DNA of 64,000 nt from Corallochytrium limacisporum Hawaii. Taxonomy: Eukaryota > Protista > Pluriformea. Positions 1 through 10,500 of this stretch are shown here, piece by piece; positions within the stretch are counted from its first letter, which is position 1; each line of letters opens with the position of its first letter. The notes beneath the pieces are model-generated. The model ran no database searches, was not told where the DNA came from, and worked only from the letters and a program-made list of their open reading frames with translations. The DNA lies in the NCBI GenBank assembly GCA_002811645.1, contig PDIP01000019.1, positions 334,465 to 398,464 on the forward strand, given 5' to 3'. Position numbers and translations under genes: made by a program.

Positions 1-1
1 C

Positions 2-3000
2 AAGCACATTCAGTCCGTGCTGCATCAGTACACAATGTGCTGGGTTGAGAAATGGAGTCAATCTGGAGCCATTCACTCGGACGAAGGGGGCTCACCAGGT
101 CATGAAGCCTTCAATCGGGAGTCCCACAATCTTCAGATGCTGTTGTGCACGGCTGTGACACTTGGATTTTTTGACGTCATGGCGGCTGTGAGGTCTCTTA
201 TCGAGAATGGGCAAATTGTTCGACGTGAGAATCTTTCCCTGTACTTGAAAGCCATTGCGCAATGCCCAATTGAAGATGGCAACACACGAAACATGCTGAA
301 TGTCTTGATCAGTCGCGTGAATGACCCTAGTCTTTGCCGCTTGTACCCGTACACTCAAGAACAGAAACTGTTGCAGAAGAATCTGTTGGTGACATTAACA
401 ACTCTGTTCTTGCCAAATCTGGCGGTCAAGCCAAGTTGGCAGTCCACCTTTGTACTTGGACAGGGGGAACGTATTTACCTGTCGTCAGCTGATCTCATTC
501 AAGGGCAGCAAACGACGCCTACTGATGCGGATGGTATTGAGGTACAGGTACTGAAAACTCTTCGTGGATTGGACACTCGTTTGAGAAGTCTGACGCTCAG
601 GTGGCTGATCTCCCAGTTGTGCATGACTTGCCCAAACAGACGATTCCAGCGAGAACTGTGCTCTTTTGATACTTTCCTATGCTGCGTTGACACTTGTCCT
701 GAAAGCAAAGATGGTGGCGCAGTTTTAGGAGGCTTGACACCTGAGAGATTCCTGCTGTTGGTCGAATGGCTTCACCATTTCGGTATGGTGCACCAGGCCT
801 TCAAGATGACCGTGACTGTCCTTTTGAGTTCACGCAATTTGGGAGACTTGCTCATCACAGCATGCATTGCTGTGGGTTCGCACTTTAGCCATCTAAACAC
901 CCTGCCTCAGAGCCTACAAATCCAGATATTTGAGGCTGTCAGCAATGCGGTGGACACAACAGTTGTTGGGTATTTGAAGACCATATTTGAAGGAATGCTA
1001 GCACGCATGTATCGCAACTGCCACTGTCTCGCGACTGCCTACCCAGACTTTAAGGACACTGCAGATCGCCTTATGAGCTTCATGGTCGATGCCGACATGT
1101 TCGCCATGGCACAACGTTGGACAGCCAATCGACGACCAGGATTTCTTGCCAAGGAAGTTAATCAGGGATTCGGGCAAAACGATCGGAGACTACATGACAT
1201 TAAGGAAGATGACGATATCTACTCCTTCATCTTGACTCTATTTGAATATTGCCAGGACCACGATCTGATTACGGCAAGCGGCAGAGAATCTGATGAATTT
1301 GAGGGTGTTCTCCTGCCAGTACGGGTTCAAGGCGCAACTGAAGCCATCAAGACCTTTAGCCACGTACTTTTCGTGGTCAGCAACAAGCTGAACTTAAAAC
1401 TGCCCTACAAGCCAGGTTTACGCAGCTTCATAGAGATCGAAAAGCTGATGCGAACGGGCAAGTACAAGCCTCAGTACCTAGATAGCTCAGTGTGCCTGGC
1501 GCTCATGTTGCTTGCCAAACAGTACTGCCCGCTTCATCAATTCATCGAACAGCAATGTATGCCGTATATTGAGTTCCTTGCAACGGGCAAATTTACAGCA
1601 GACGATCTGGTCTTCCTGACATTCATGTTGCGAATATTGAGTGCCATCTTTCCCGGTGATGGTACGAAGTTAGATCAGGGACCCAACACAGGTCGTCCGA
1701 TAAGTGACTATCTCGGGTTTCAGGATCGTAACTTGCTCCGCAACTGCGCGAATCACATGCAGTCAGCCGTATTGTTTGAAATGCTTCTGGCTCTTCTGCC
1801 ATTAGCGGAAGCAATGAGCGACATTCCTGAGGCCCAAGGTATGAGACAAGTGTGTGAGAACATCCTTCTTTCTCCAAAAGTCCAAATGGATCTGATGGAG
1901 GACAACCAACGCACTCGAATTCTTCAGCGCCTGCGGGATGAGTCCAACGGCGGTCACCTGAAGCACAGCGACGGGCGGTGGATTCTTCATCGCCTCTATC
2001 ATGACCGAAAGGACGCTCAACGCCTCAGTGAGCGGGCGATTGCGGATCAAAAGGACTTGGCAACTCTAGTGGCGGACATTCTGCCCATCACCACTCTGTC
2101 CACTCTACCCGAGGTCGCTGCCGAACTGTCTGCTGCGTTTCAAGAGTTTTTGATCCATCAGCAGCAGAGCAAGGATGCGACCAATGCTGGTGTGGATATT
2201 CTTAGTGACATAGTGTGGTTGTTAATCTCCCAAGCACAATTCGTGACAGTGAGTCCCCAGACTTACGATAGGCAGGTGGCCAGATTTGCGGTAGCCATGC
2301 CTTCGGATGTTATTCAGAACGTTCTTACGAAGGCATTGGAGAAAATGGCAGAATTTGATGCGACTAGCACTGGCTTTGCGGCAAGTTTCCAAACGGAAGT
2401 TCTCCAAGACTACCCCCCTGCGAATGCCTTTACGCGACTCCAGCTTGGGGCGCCAAGTATTCAGGATGACACTAAAAGTGATGGTTCCATGAGCGAGAAG
2501 CACAAGCAGCTTCAAGCAGAACGCTGCTTCATCAGTGTGATGGCAGCATGTATGGTGCGCCACGGTGAAACTGTCCGCGAATCATTCGCTATGCTTCTTG
2601 AGGAACAGGTATCACAGCTCTGCGATTCGTTTGACACCAGCATTGATACGACCGAGGACATGCTGCACCGCCTGCAAGCGTTGCAGCAGCGTGGTCGTCT
2701 ACTTATAGCGTCCAATCACCCAGACAGTATAGCGACATCTATGGCTTGGCAATGGATCCTTCTTTTGCTTAAGACCCTCCGCAGCCCGCTGCTGCAGGCT
2801 GCACATACGAAGATCTACCAATACTCTGCCCACGTTTTTGAAGGCTGCCTGAAGGAACTTTCTAGTGGCCAAGGTAGGACTGACGCGAATGTGCAGCAGA
2901 ATGGAGACGCAGGTGACCAGAACCCAGTGAGCACAAGCACTAACCAGGAATGTGAGGACACTATCAAGCTAGTGGTGCAACTGCTCATATTGTACATCAC

Positions 3001-4102
3001 TGCTATTTGCAGTCCATTTGCACAAAACTCTGAGAATGACCAAGCATCTAATGCTGGCAGCAACAAACCGACTCCTCGCGGTGGCAGCACCGGTAATGAG
3101 CACAGTGGCCATACCCTCAGCCGAGAGCAGCAGCAGCTGATCAAGTTGATCATTCCACAGATCAAGCGTCTCCCGCTGCATATAGCGGCAATGATCGAGA
3201 CCGCTATCCCAACTCTAAGACCGAGGCAGATGGTCTGGGTTCCGAATGAAAGTGGCACGTCCAGTGCACCAACCAAGAGTGGCAGTTTGCGCAACTCTAT
3301 CAATGGCATTTCTCATGCCAAGGCAAAGCGGAAGGGTAGCACCGCTGGTATGCCCATCGAAGACGGTGATAGCAACGATGCTGCTCAGGCAGCGGACCGT
3401 GACGATGGTGATGTTCTGCGCATTCAGGAGTATTTCATCAAACCCTGGGATCTTTTGGAGGGCCAGAGACAGATTCTGCCCATGGGCTGGCATTGGTTTG
3501 GATGGGAGCGCTTCAATACAGACGGCGATTGCGGTGTACAGCGCGGTACTGTACAAGCGATGCGACAGCTTTGCGTGCAACACAGCCACCAGATCATGCC
3601 CGGAGATGCCATCGACATTCAGTCCCTGGGGGAGGCGCTGAAAGCGGCCAACATTCCTGCCTTAGGTGCATTTGGCAACCCGATGATTGGACAAGGTGGT
3701 TTCATGGCATCAGGCATGGACAACGCTAACGCTGGTGGATACAGCTCTCCATTGAATCCAAGCGGCATCTCAGCCTCCAGCCCGGGAATTTTGCTGCACG
3801 TTCCAAGTGCACAGACGCAGGTGTCACAGGTCGAGAACGTCGGCGGTCCTCTGGCCGCGACGCCAACAGTCGTGGCCAAAACGGCCACTGCGCAACCGTC
3901 TTCGACACTGGCGTCGACGCCCGGAGGGAGTCCGCCCACAACGATCTCGGAGGCGGTAGCAGCAGCAGCGGCTGCTGCTGCTGCCGCTGCTGGTACCACT
4001 GGTGGCGGCCTGCGCGACTCCACTGCAACCGTGACATCAACTTCCAGTACTGGCAGCGCCAAGAAGGGAAGCCGTGGCCGTGGCACCAAGCGTCGGCGCT
4101 AA
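2..4102 (+). CDS. MED12: Mediator subunit 12-like protein (5'-truncated by the window edge)
   Basis: The frame is open from base 2 to TAA at 4100-4102. The motif KPWDLLEG..LPMGWHWFG resembles the MED12 PWDLFEG..PLSWGWFG motif. Long helical body and low-complexity Ala/Ser/Thr tail. Confidence 0.7.
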   Translation, partial: KHIQSVLHQYTMCWVEKWSQSGAIHSDEGGSPGHEAFNRESHNLQMLLCTAVTLGFFDVMAAVRSLIENGQIVRRENLSLYLKAIAQCPIEDGNTRNMLNVLISRVNDPSLCRLYPYTQEQKLLQKNLLVTLTTLFLPNLAVKPSWQSTFVLGQGERIYLSSADLIQGQQTTPTDADGIEVQVLKTLRGLDTRLRSLTLRWLISQLCMTCPNRRFQRELCSFDTFLCCVDTCPESKDGGAVLGGLTPERFLLLVEWLHHFGMVHQAFKMTVTVLLSSRNLGDLLITACIAVGSHFSHLNTLPQSLQIQIFEAVSNAVDTTVVGYLKTIFEGMLARMYRNCHCLATAYPDFKDTADRLMSFMVDADMFAMAQRWTANRRPGFLAKEVNQGFGQNDRRLHDIKEDDDIYSFILTLFEYCQDHDLITASGRESDEFEGVLLPVRVQGATEAIKTFSHVLFVVSNKLNLKLPYKPGLRSFIEIEKLMRTGKYKPQYLDSSVCLALMLLAKQYCPLHQFIEQQCMPYIEFLATGKFTADDLVFLTFMLRILSAIFPGDGTKLDQGPNTGRPISDYLGFQDRNLLRNCANHMQSAVLFEMLLALLPLAEAMSDIPEAQGMRQVCENILLSPKVQMDLMEDNQRTRILQRLRDESNGGHLKHSDGRWILHRLYHDRKDAQRLSERAIADQKDLATLVADILPITTLSTLPEVAAELSAAFQEFLIHQQQSKDATNAGVDILSDIVWLLISQAQFVTVSPQTYDRQVARFAVAMPSDVIQNVLTKALEKMAEFDATSTGFAASFQTEVLQDYPPANAFTRLQLGAPSIQDDTKSDGSMSEKHKQLQAERCFISVMAACMVRHGETVRESFAMLLEEQVSQLCDSFDTSIDTTEDMLHRLQALQQRGRLLIASNHPDSIATSMAWQWILLLLKTLRSPLLQAAHTKIYQYSAHVFEGCLKELSSGQGRTDANVQQNGDAGDQNPVSTSTNQECEDTIKLVVQLLILYITAICSPFAQNSENDQASNAGSNKPTPRGGSTGNEHSGHTLSREQQQLIKLIIPQIKRLPLHIAAMIETAIPTLRPRQMVWVPNESGTSSAPTKSGSLRNSINGISHAKAKRKGSTAGMPIEDGDSNDAAQAADRDDGDVLRIQEYFIKPWDLLEGQRQILPMGWHWFGWERFNTDGDCGVQRGTVQAMRQLCVQHSHQIMPGDAIDIQSLGEALKAANIPALGAFGNPMIGQGGFMASGMDNANAGGYSSPLNPSGISASSPGILLHVPSAQTQVSQVENVGGPLAATPTVVAKTATAQPSSTLASTPGGSPPTTISEAVAAAAAAAAAAAGTTGGGLRDSTATVTSTSSTGSAKKGSRGRGTKRRR

Positions 4103-4672
4103 CGCGGCTGTCCATAAACCTCAGCAAACACATTAAATAACAAGCCTTTCCCGATCGTAAACAATTGATTACCCGCCTCGCCAGTGCTTCTCTCTCGCGT
4201 TCCTTAGAAAATCCCTCCCCGCTCCGTCCTGCCCGGGCACCCCTGACCGTAAAAAATTCCAGCCCGCCGCCGATGGTGTGCTTTTTCCTTGATTGAGCGA
4301 AGAACCGCCCCGGAGTTTTGATTTTTTTTTTGGGGGGGGAGAAGGGGGGGCAAGGGCAGTGCACCGCTTAGGCCAACGCACCAAAGGAATAAGACTTTTT
4401 CGTTTCTGGGAGGGTGGATGAAATGACAAAACACTCAGCTTTGGGTCTCCCTAACACCCCGGGGCGCGCCGCCTTTGGGCCGTTATCCCACTTTTTTACG
4501 ACGTGGTTTTTGCCGTCGTTTTCTGTCGCCTTCGTTTTTTATTTTTCTATTTTTTTTTTTGTACGAACTCGGAGTGTCCTGCGCTGCCGTAATCCGCGCC
4601 AGATCTTTGATAGCGCAATAAAAAGAAAAGTGGCTTTTGGAACTCTCCCTAATAAACTTTTTGCCCCCCCCC

Positions 4673-4900
4673 NNNNNNNNNNNNNNNNNNNNNNNNNNNN
4701 NNNNNNNNNNNNNNNNNNNNNNNNNNNNNNNNNNNNNNNNNNNNNNNNNNNNNNNNNNNNNNNNNNNNNNNNNNNNNNNNNNNNNNNNNNNNNNNNNNNN
4801 NNNNNNNNNNNNNNNNNNNNNNNNNNNNNNNNNNNNNNNNNNNNNNNNNNNNNNNNNNNNNNNNNNNNNNNNNNNNNNNNNNNNNNNNNNNNNNNNNNNN
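4673..4900. other. Assembly gap (N run) flanked by C-runs
   Basis: Run of N in the sequence. Confidence 0.99.
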
Positions 4901-5383
4901 CCTCCCTGCCCGAGGCCAGGGCGCCCCCCCGCCCCTCGTTTCAGGGGGCCGAGAGAACTGTCAGTTCCAATTTTCCATTTGGGCGGGTTTTAGGAATGTG
5001 GCGTTGCGGGGCCGCTGCGGCCGATGGGAAAGGGGAGGGGGGGGGGCGGGAATGCCTTGGTGGAAGTTCATTGCAACGCAACACAATCCGGGTCACTGAT
5101 GAGGACACCTGCCGGCCCCATCTGTGTTATTGAAGTTGGATTTGAAGGATACGGGCCGACAGTAACGTGTCACATTTTTACGAGGAATCAGCCTGGATAC
5201 AGGTATGAAAGTAAACAGAGACTGGAAACCGTCTAAGAGTGTTGTGGGAATGTCAAGTCACTAAGATGTAACATGGTCTCGACAAAGTAGATCCGTTCGT
5301 GGCAGAGACCCGACCGAAGGAAACTTTCTTGATGGTTTAGATATATGTATAGATATTCCTGTGAATTGTGAATGTTAGGAACC

Positions 5384-7438
5384 ATGGACAGGTGGTTTGA
5401 GAGTGGAACCCAGAACGATGACCTGCCTGATAAGCCCCCGAACGCGGAGGAGATGTTGCTCATTGACTCCATTGCGTTCACGGTCTTTACAACGCTGATG
5501 ATCTTTACATTCTTCACAATTTATCGGTTCAAGCACAGTAAGATTCCCTTTGTGCATGAGAGTGGTATGAGTATCCTGTACGGTGTGATCATGGGCGGGA
5601 TTATTGCCAAGTTGCCCGGCCACATGGTTCAGAGCCGGATGATCTTTGATCCCCAAACATTTTTCTTCGTACTCCTACCCCCAATCATTTTCACCGCTGG
5701 TTATGAAATGAAGCGCTGGCATTTCTTTGTTAACTTTGGGCCCATTCTCCTGTATGCTCTGTTCGGAACAATGATCAGCACGGCCATAATCGGACTTGCG
5801 ACCTATGGCATCATTGTTCTTGCACTTGAGGACTATGGAGACACGAATATTGTCGATTGCATGCTGTTCGGGGCCTTAATCAGTGCCACTGACCCAGTGA
5901 CCACCTTGGCCATTTTCAGCGAGCTTGATGCAGACATCACGCTCTACAATCTTGTTTTTGGCGAGTCTGTACTCAACGACGCGGTAGCAATAGTCGTCTA
6001 CAGTGCCTTCTTCCGCTTCAAGGAAGCCCTGGACGAAGGTCATGCGGAAGACCGCACGATAGCGCAAAAGATTGGATATATTGCTGGATCGTTCCTGACA
6101 AATTTCCTCGGTGCCATTTGCATCGGTGTGGGCACGGGCATGTTCACCGCGTTGCTGACCAAATTCAGCGACTTGCGCAAGGAGCCAATGCTCGAGACGG
6201 CCATTTTTGTGACTCTATCCTACATGAGCTTCCTTATCGCCCAATCGGCAGGCATTTCAGGCATTGTCTGCATTCTGTTCTGTGGTATCACGAACGCTCA
6301 CTATACTTGGCACAATCTAAGCAAGCGCAGCAAGTCATGGACGAGTGATTTCTTTGGGTTGATGAATTTCCTGGCGGAAAACTTCATCTTCTCATACATG
6401 GGATTGACGCTCTTCGCATTCCCGAACCACGTGTACCGACCTTTCCTGATCTTTGGATCAATCGTTATTTGTATTGTTGCGCGTGTGTTCAATATCTTTC
6501 CGATCTCGTTCATCATAAATTTGCGCCGGAAGGTAGGAGATCGGATCCCGCTGAACATTCAGGCCATGATGACCTGGAGTGGACTGCGAGGTGCCATCGC
6601 CTTCGCTTTGGCTATGAACCAGACCTTCAATTATGGATCCGATGAAACGGAGGACATGTTCCTGACAACCACACTGATGATTGTGCTTGTCACTGTGATA
6701 ATCTTTGGCGGTTGCACGGAAGAGGTTATGAAGGCACTCAAAATTCCCATGGGCTGTCTGCCCGAAGACGAATGCGAGGCGGTTGTTGATGAGGCAGAAA
6801 ACGTACATTCGGGCGGTATCTACGCACGTTACGGTTCTATGACCCATAATGTCAGTAGTCTGGACCTCCAACGGCTGCTTGAGCAGTATCAGGCCAATGA
6901 TCTACCGGAACTAGACGGGATCCCAGAAAATCGCATGCCCTTGCGCAGCGATTCTGTTCGCAGCGAGACCGTGCCTGGACAGCGTCATGGAATCCACATC
7001 ACTTCTCCTCTGCAGGTGTGGACATTGCTCGATGAGCAGTTCCTTATTCCGCTGCTGGTCAGCGAGCACGGCAAGGCTTCCCACAACGAACTCCGCCAAA
7101 TTCGAAACGAGACTCTGGCACGGGTGAACTCAAGGACTTGGGCCGGTGGGGAACCCAGTAACAGACCGCCTTCCGCGCGCCGAGTGGGCTTCCAGGCCGT
7201 CAGTCAAACGAGCGGGAGCACTGATTCCCGAACAGCTCTACGGGAATCTGACGGTGGACACCTCATGACGCCCACTGGGCCGGGGTCTCGGCCCCACCAA
7301 AACTACGGCACTACAGGCAACACGAACGGCGCTCGGGAGCAGAGGTCGAGCCACAGTGATGATGGCTGGAGCATTGCGACATCTGATGATCCTAGGGTCG
7401 ATGATTTTGATCACCACCATCCAAATGCACATCATTGA
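5384..7438 (+). CDS. Na+/H+ exchanger, CPA1 family (organellar NHE6-9/NHX1-like)
   Basis: Motifs FFFVLLPPIIF, FGALISATDPV, VFGESVLNDAVAIV and WSGLRGAIAFALA; about 12 TM segments. ATG 5384 is in ACCATGG context; an upstream in-frame ATG lies at 5372. Confidence 0.93.
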   Translation: MDRWFESGTQNDDLPDKPPNAEEMLLIDSIAFTVFTTLMIFTFFTIYRFKHSKIPFVHESGMSILYGVIMGGIIAKLPGHMVQSRMIFDPQTFFFVLLPPIIFTAGYEMKRWHFFVNFGPILLYALFGTMISTAIIGLATYGIIVLALEDYGDTNIVDCMLFGALISATDPVTTLAIFSELDADITLYNLVFGESVLNDAVAIVVYSAFFRFKEALDEGHAEDRTIAQKIGYIAGSFLTNFLGAICIGVGTGMFTALLTKFSDLRKEPMLETAIFVTLSYMSFLIAQSAGISGIVCILFCGITNAHYTWHNLSKRSKSWTSDFFGLMNFLAENFIFSYMGLTLFAFPNHVYRPFLIFGSIVICIVARVFNIFPISFIINLRRKVGDRIPLNIQAMMTWSGLRGAIAFALAMNQTFNYGSDETEDMFLTTTLMIVLVTVIIFGGCTEEVMKALKIPMGCLPEDECEAVVDEAENVHSGGIYARYGSMTHNVSSLDLQRLLEQYQANDLPELDGIPENRMPLRSDSVRSETVPGQRHGIHITSPLQVWTLLDEQFLIPLLVSEHGKASHNELRQIRNETLARVNSRTWAGGEPSNRPPSARRVGFQAVSQTSGSTDSRTALRESDGGHLMTPTGPGSRPHQNYGTTGNTNGAREQRSSHSDDGWSIATSDDPRVDDFDHHHPNAHH

Positions 7439-7514
7439 TAGAGACTTGATCCCCTGGATTGGTCTGAGATTGCTTAATAGATGTATTCATATGTAAACGT
7501 CATATTTGTGTTCA

Positions 7515-10500
7515 CTATCCTTTTGTGAGGTGTTCCTCGGAACTGCTGTGCTCTGAATCTTCATTGTCAGGCAAATCCTCAACAGGTAGGGAGAAACTGA
7601 AGCGGAAGCGACCTCCTCCTCGTGGAGCCGGAGGGGGCCCAGTTGGTTGCTCTTCTCCGTCTGTTTCACTGTCATCTTCGTTGTCGTCCTCAACGTCTTC
7701 CTCAGAGGTCGGTTCTTCCTGCTGGTTATGGACCTGGGCAATTTGTTCAAGAGAAAGCCTGAAACCGGCGGGTGATTCCACAGATTCACCCAAGGGAGTG
7801 GGCGTCTCTCTCTCGTCTTCATGGGCATCATCTCCCTCATGTTCCATAGCGACAGTTGCTGCTGCTGCTACACCTTGGATCTCCTCCTCAGCACGAACCG
7901 TACTTCCCTCTTCTTCCTCGTCTCCTTGCTCATGCGCAAGTGTACGCTCATCCTCATCCCCTTCGTCTTCGTGGGCAGCATTGGCAAAATGCTCTTCATC
8001 AGTGTCGTAGATGGTGGGACGGGAATCTTCGCTCATTGGACCCGGGCCCTCGTGCTCAGCTTCATGTTCCAACATGTCTTGCGCATCGGATTCCTCACGA
8101 TGCTCCACCACGTCCATGTCTGGTGTAGCAGCCGGGTGGCGGGGGAGCACTTGTACGGCAAACCGCGACAGCCCAGCGGTGCGTCCCGGGGAGACAAGAC
8201 CACCAGTGCTCACTGCCGTACTCTCCGAGAAGGACAGTTGCCGAAGGGCAGGGGGCTGTGTTGAACCCGGAGGACTCGACGGCACTTCCTCGATCTCCTC
8301 ATCATCAGCACTGTTGTTTTCGCGGGGTAGCGGCGTCGGAGAGCGGATTTCGTTGCTGGCCGTACGCACACCCTCGGCACTGGAAGGTTCCACGTCTGCA
8401 GAGTCAGTGACATCCATGTTGTCGGTGGGCATTGGAGGCATGTTCACACCGTTGGCCTCTGTAAGCGTAACGTCTTCTTCATTTAACTCAAGAAGTTCGC
8501 CGACAGGGTCCAATTCTTTATCAACCGCATCCATAGTCTGATCGTCTTGCGGAGTGACCGTTTCCCCTCCCTGGGATTCAATGTCCATGGATGCCCTGGC
8601 GGAACGGTCGTCTACGATGGTGCTGGCACCTTCGTCTTCCATAATCGTAGGCGGAGGGCTTGATCTCCTGGGCCTATTGTTTTCTGATTCAAGGACTTGA
8701 ACAGGCATCACGACAGGGCTGCGGCGGTTCGGTACATAGGACACGGGATTGGACTGTTCACGAGTCAACGGCAGTGTAGGCAAAGACATCGACTCCTTTC
8801 GCGGCAACGCTCCGCTTTCCGACATAGACTCACCCTTCTCACTCAGATCTGAGCTCGGAATTTTGGCTTCGCCGACGCGTAACATGCCAACCATTCGCTC
8901 CAACTCATCACTGCCTCGGTGTTCGGCTTCGTCGACCTCCTCAGCTTCCCGTTCAGCAGACACAACTTCTGTCTTTCCCGGCTGGCGGAGGAGCATGGCG
9001 GGAGTGTGGAATTTGCCTAGGTCAGCCTCCACCTCCTGCTCCGGGCGCTGCGGGGTTTTCTCCGCGGCTCCAGGTGCGTCAGCTGTGTCCAGGCCATGCA
9101 CACGAAGATAGGTTTCATCTTCGTGGCTGAAACTGCCCCTGCCAGATTCCCTGTCCTCGTCTGTAGGGTCAACATGCCTGACAAAGTCAGGGTGATCAAA
9201 GCCAGATGACGAGATTGGCATGGTCGGACCCACTTGCACCTTTTGCGGAGTGGAGAGAGACTGTGCGTCGACTACTTCTTGTTGAATAGCTTCAGATTCT
9301 TCGGTTATTTGATCATCGATCCCGCCGCTGTGACGCGTACGTGATGGAAGGAGATCTTTTGCAGTAGCACCTTCCGATGCCGAATCGTCCAATACATGGC
9401 TGAAGTGACTCAGCGTTGCTGCAGCGTCTTCGATATGTAGATGGGATTCTTCGAATGCGTCCTCGTCCATGTTGTCCTCATGTTGAATGGATTCGGATGT
9501 CCCCTGATGACCGGATCCGGAGCTCTTGTTGGGCTCTTTGTCCAGCGAGGAATGAAGGTCCTCCTTCGCACACAAACCTGAAGCAACAGAAACGTGAGCA
9601 GGTGACATGGATTTGGATGCTTCCATGGCGCTCAGTTGCTCGGCCAGCGAAAGGCGCGCCAGTTCGGAACCCACGCCTATGTCAGTTAGCTTAGTTTTCG
9701 ACTTTCTTTTAAGTTCCGGTGAACTGCTCTGTTGTAGAGTGCGGAGAGCCTCGAGCACAGTCTGATTCTCCTCCCGCATCTCTTGAAGGGAACTCATCAG
9801 GGGACTCAAGAAATCAGTGCGACTCATTTTGGTTAGCGCATCACTGAGCACTTCTATGTTTGCTCCAGCAGGCTGTTGAGACCCATCAGGAGCAGCATTG
9901 AGGGTCGACAGTGCACCAGGTCCCAGGTTCCGCTGTGTGGTGGCTCGCAATCCCTGATTGACAAGGTCAGCATGCATGGCGCTGACCTCTGTGGAGTACT
10001 CTTGCACCAGCCTCTCGTTGAAATGAGAACGGCACAAGAACACAATGTCATCTGCATTTGACGGCTTGGCCCGAATAATGTTGTTCTGCCACAGATCCTG
10101 TGGACTCGCAACCATTGCATAACGCTGCTGTAGCTTGAAGAGGCTTTCGTTAATACTGTCAAGATCCAGTTCGATGCGCTCAACCAGCTGTTCCATGACA
10201 GCTTCCTGCAGATCCTCGAAGTCAATGTGGAGGTGCTTCTGCAATGTGGTGCTCAGTTCTCGCAGCCACTCGTCACGAATGTTATGGGGCAGATCCAGCG
10301 ATCCACTGTACGCTGCCGTGGAGTGCAATAGAAGGTACAAGGTGGCAGCAGACAACAGAAGAAGAGGCCGCATTTCAGTCGCCGTGAGCAGCATTGGGTA
10401 ACCGAATCCAGGTGCACAATGGCTTGGGTGCGCTTCGCAAACAAAGTGGATACGGAAATTCAGTTCATACTCCTTGTTCTCGATCAGATCGTCTCCGTTC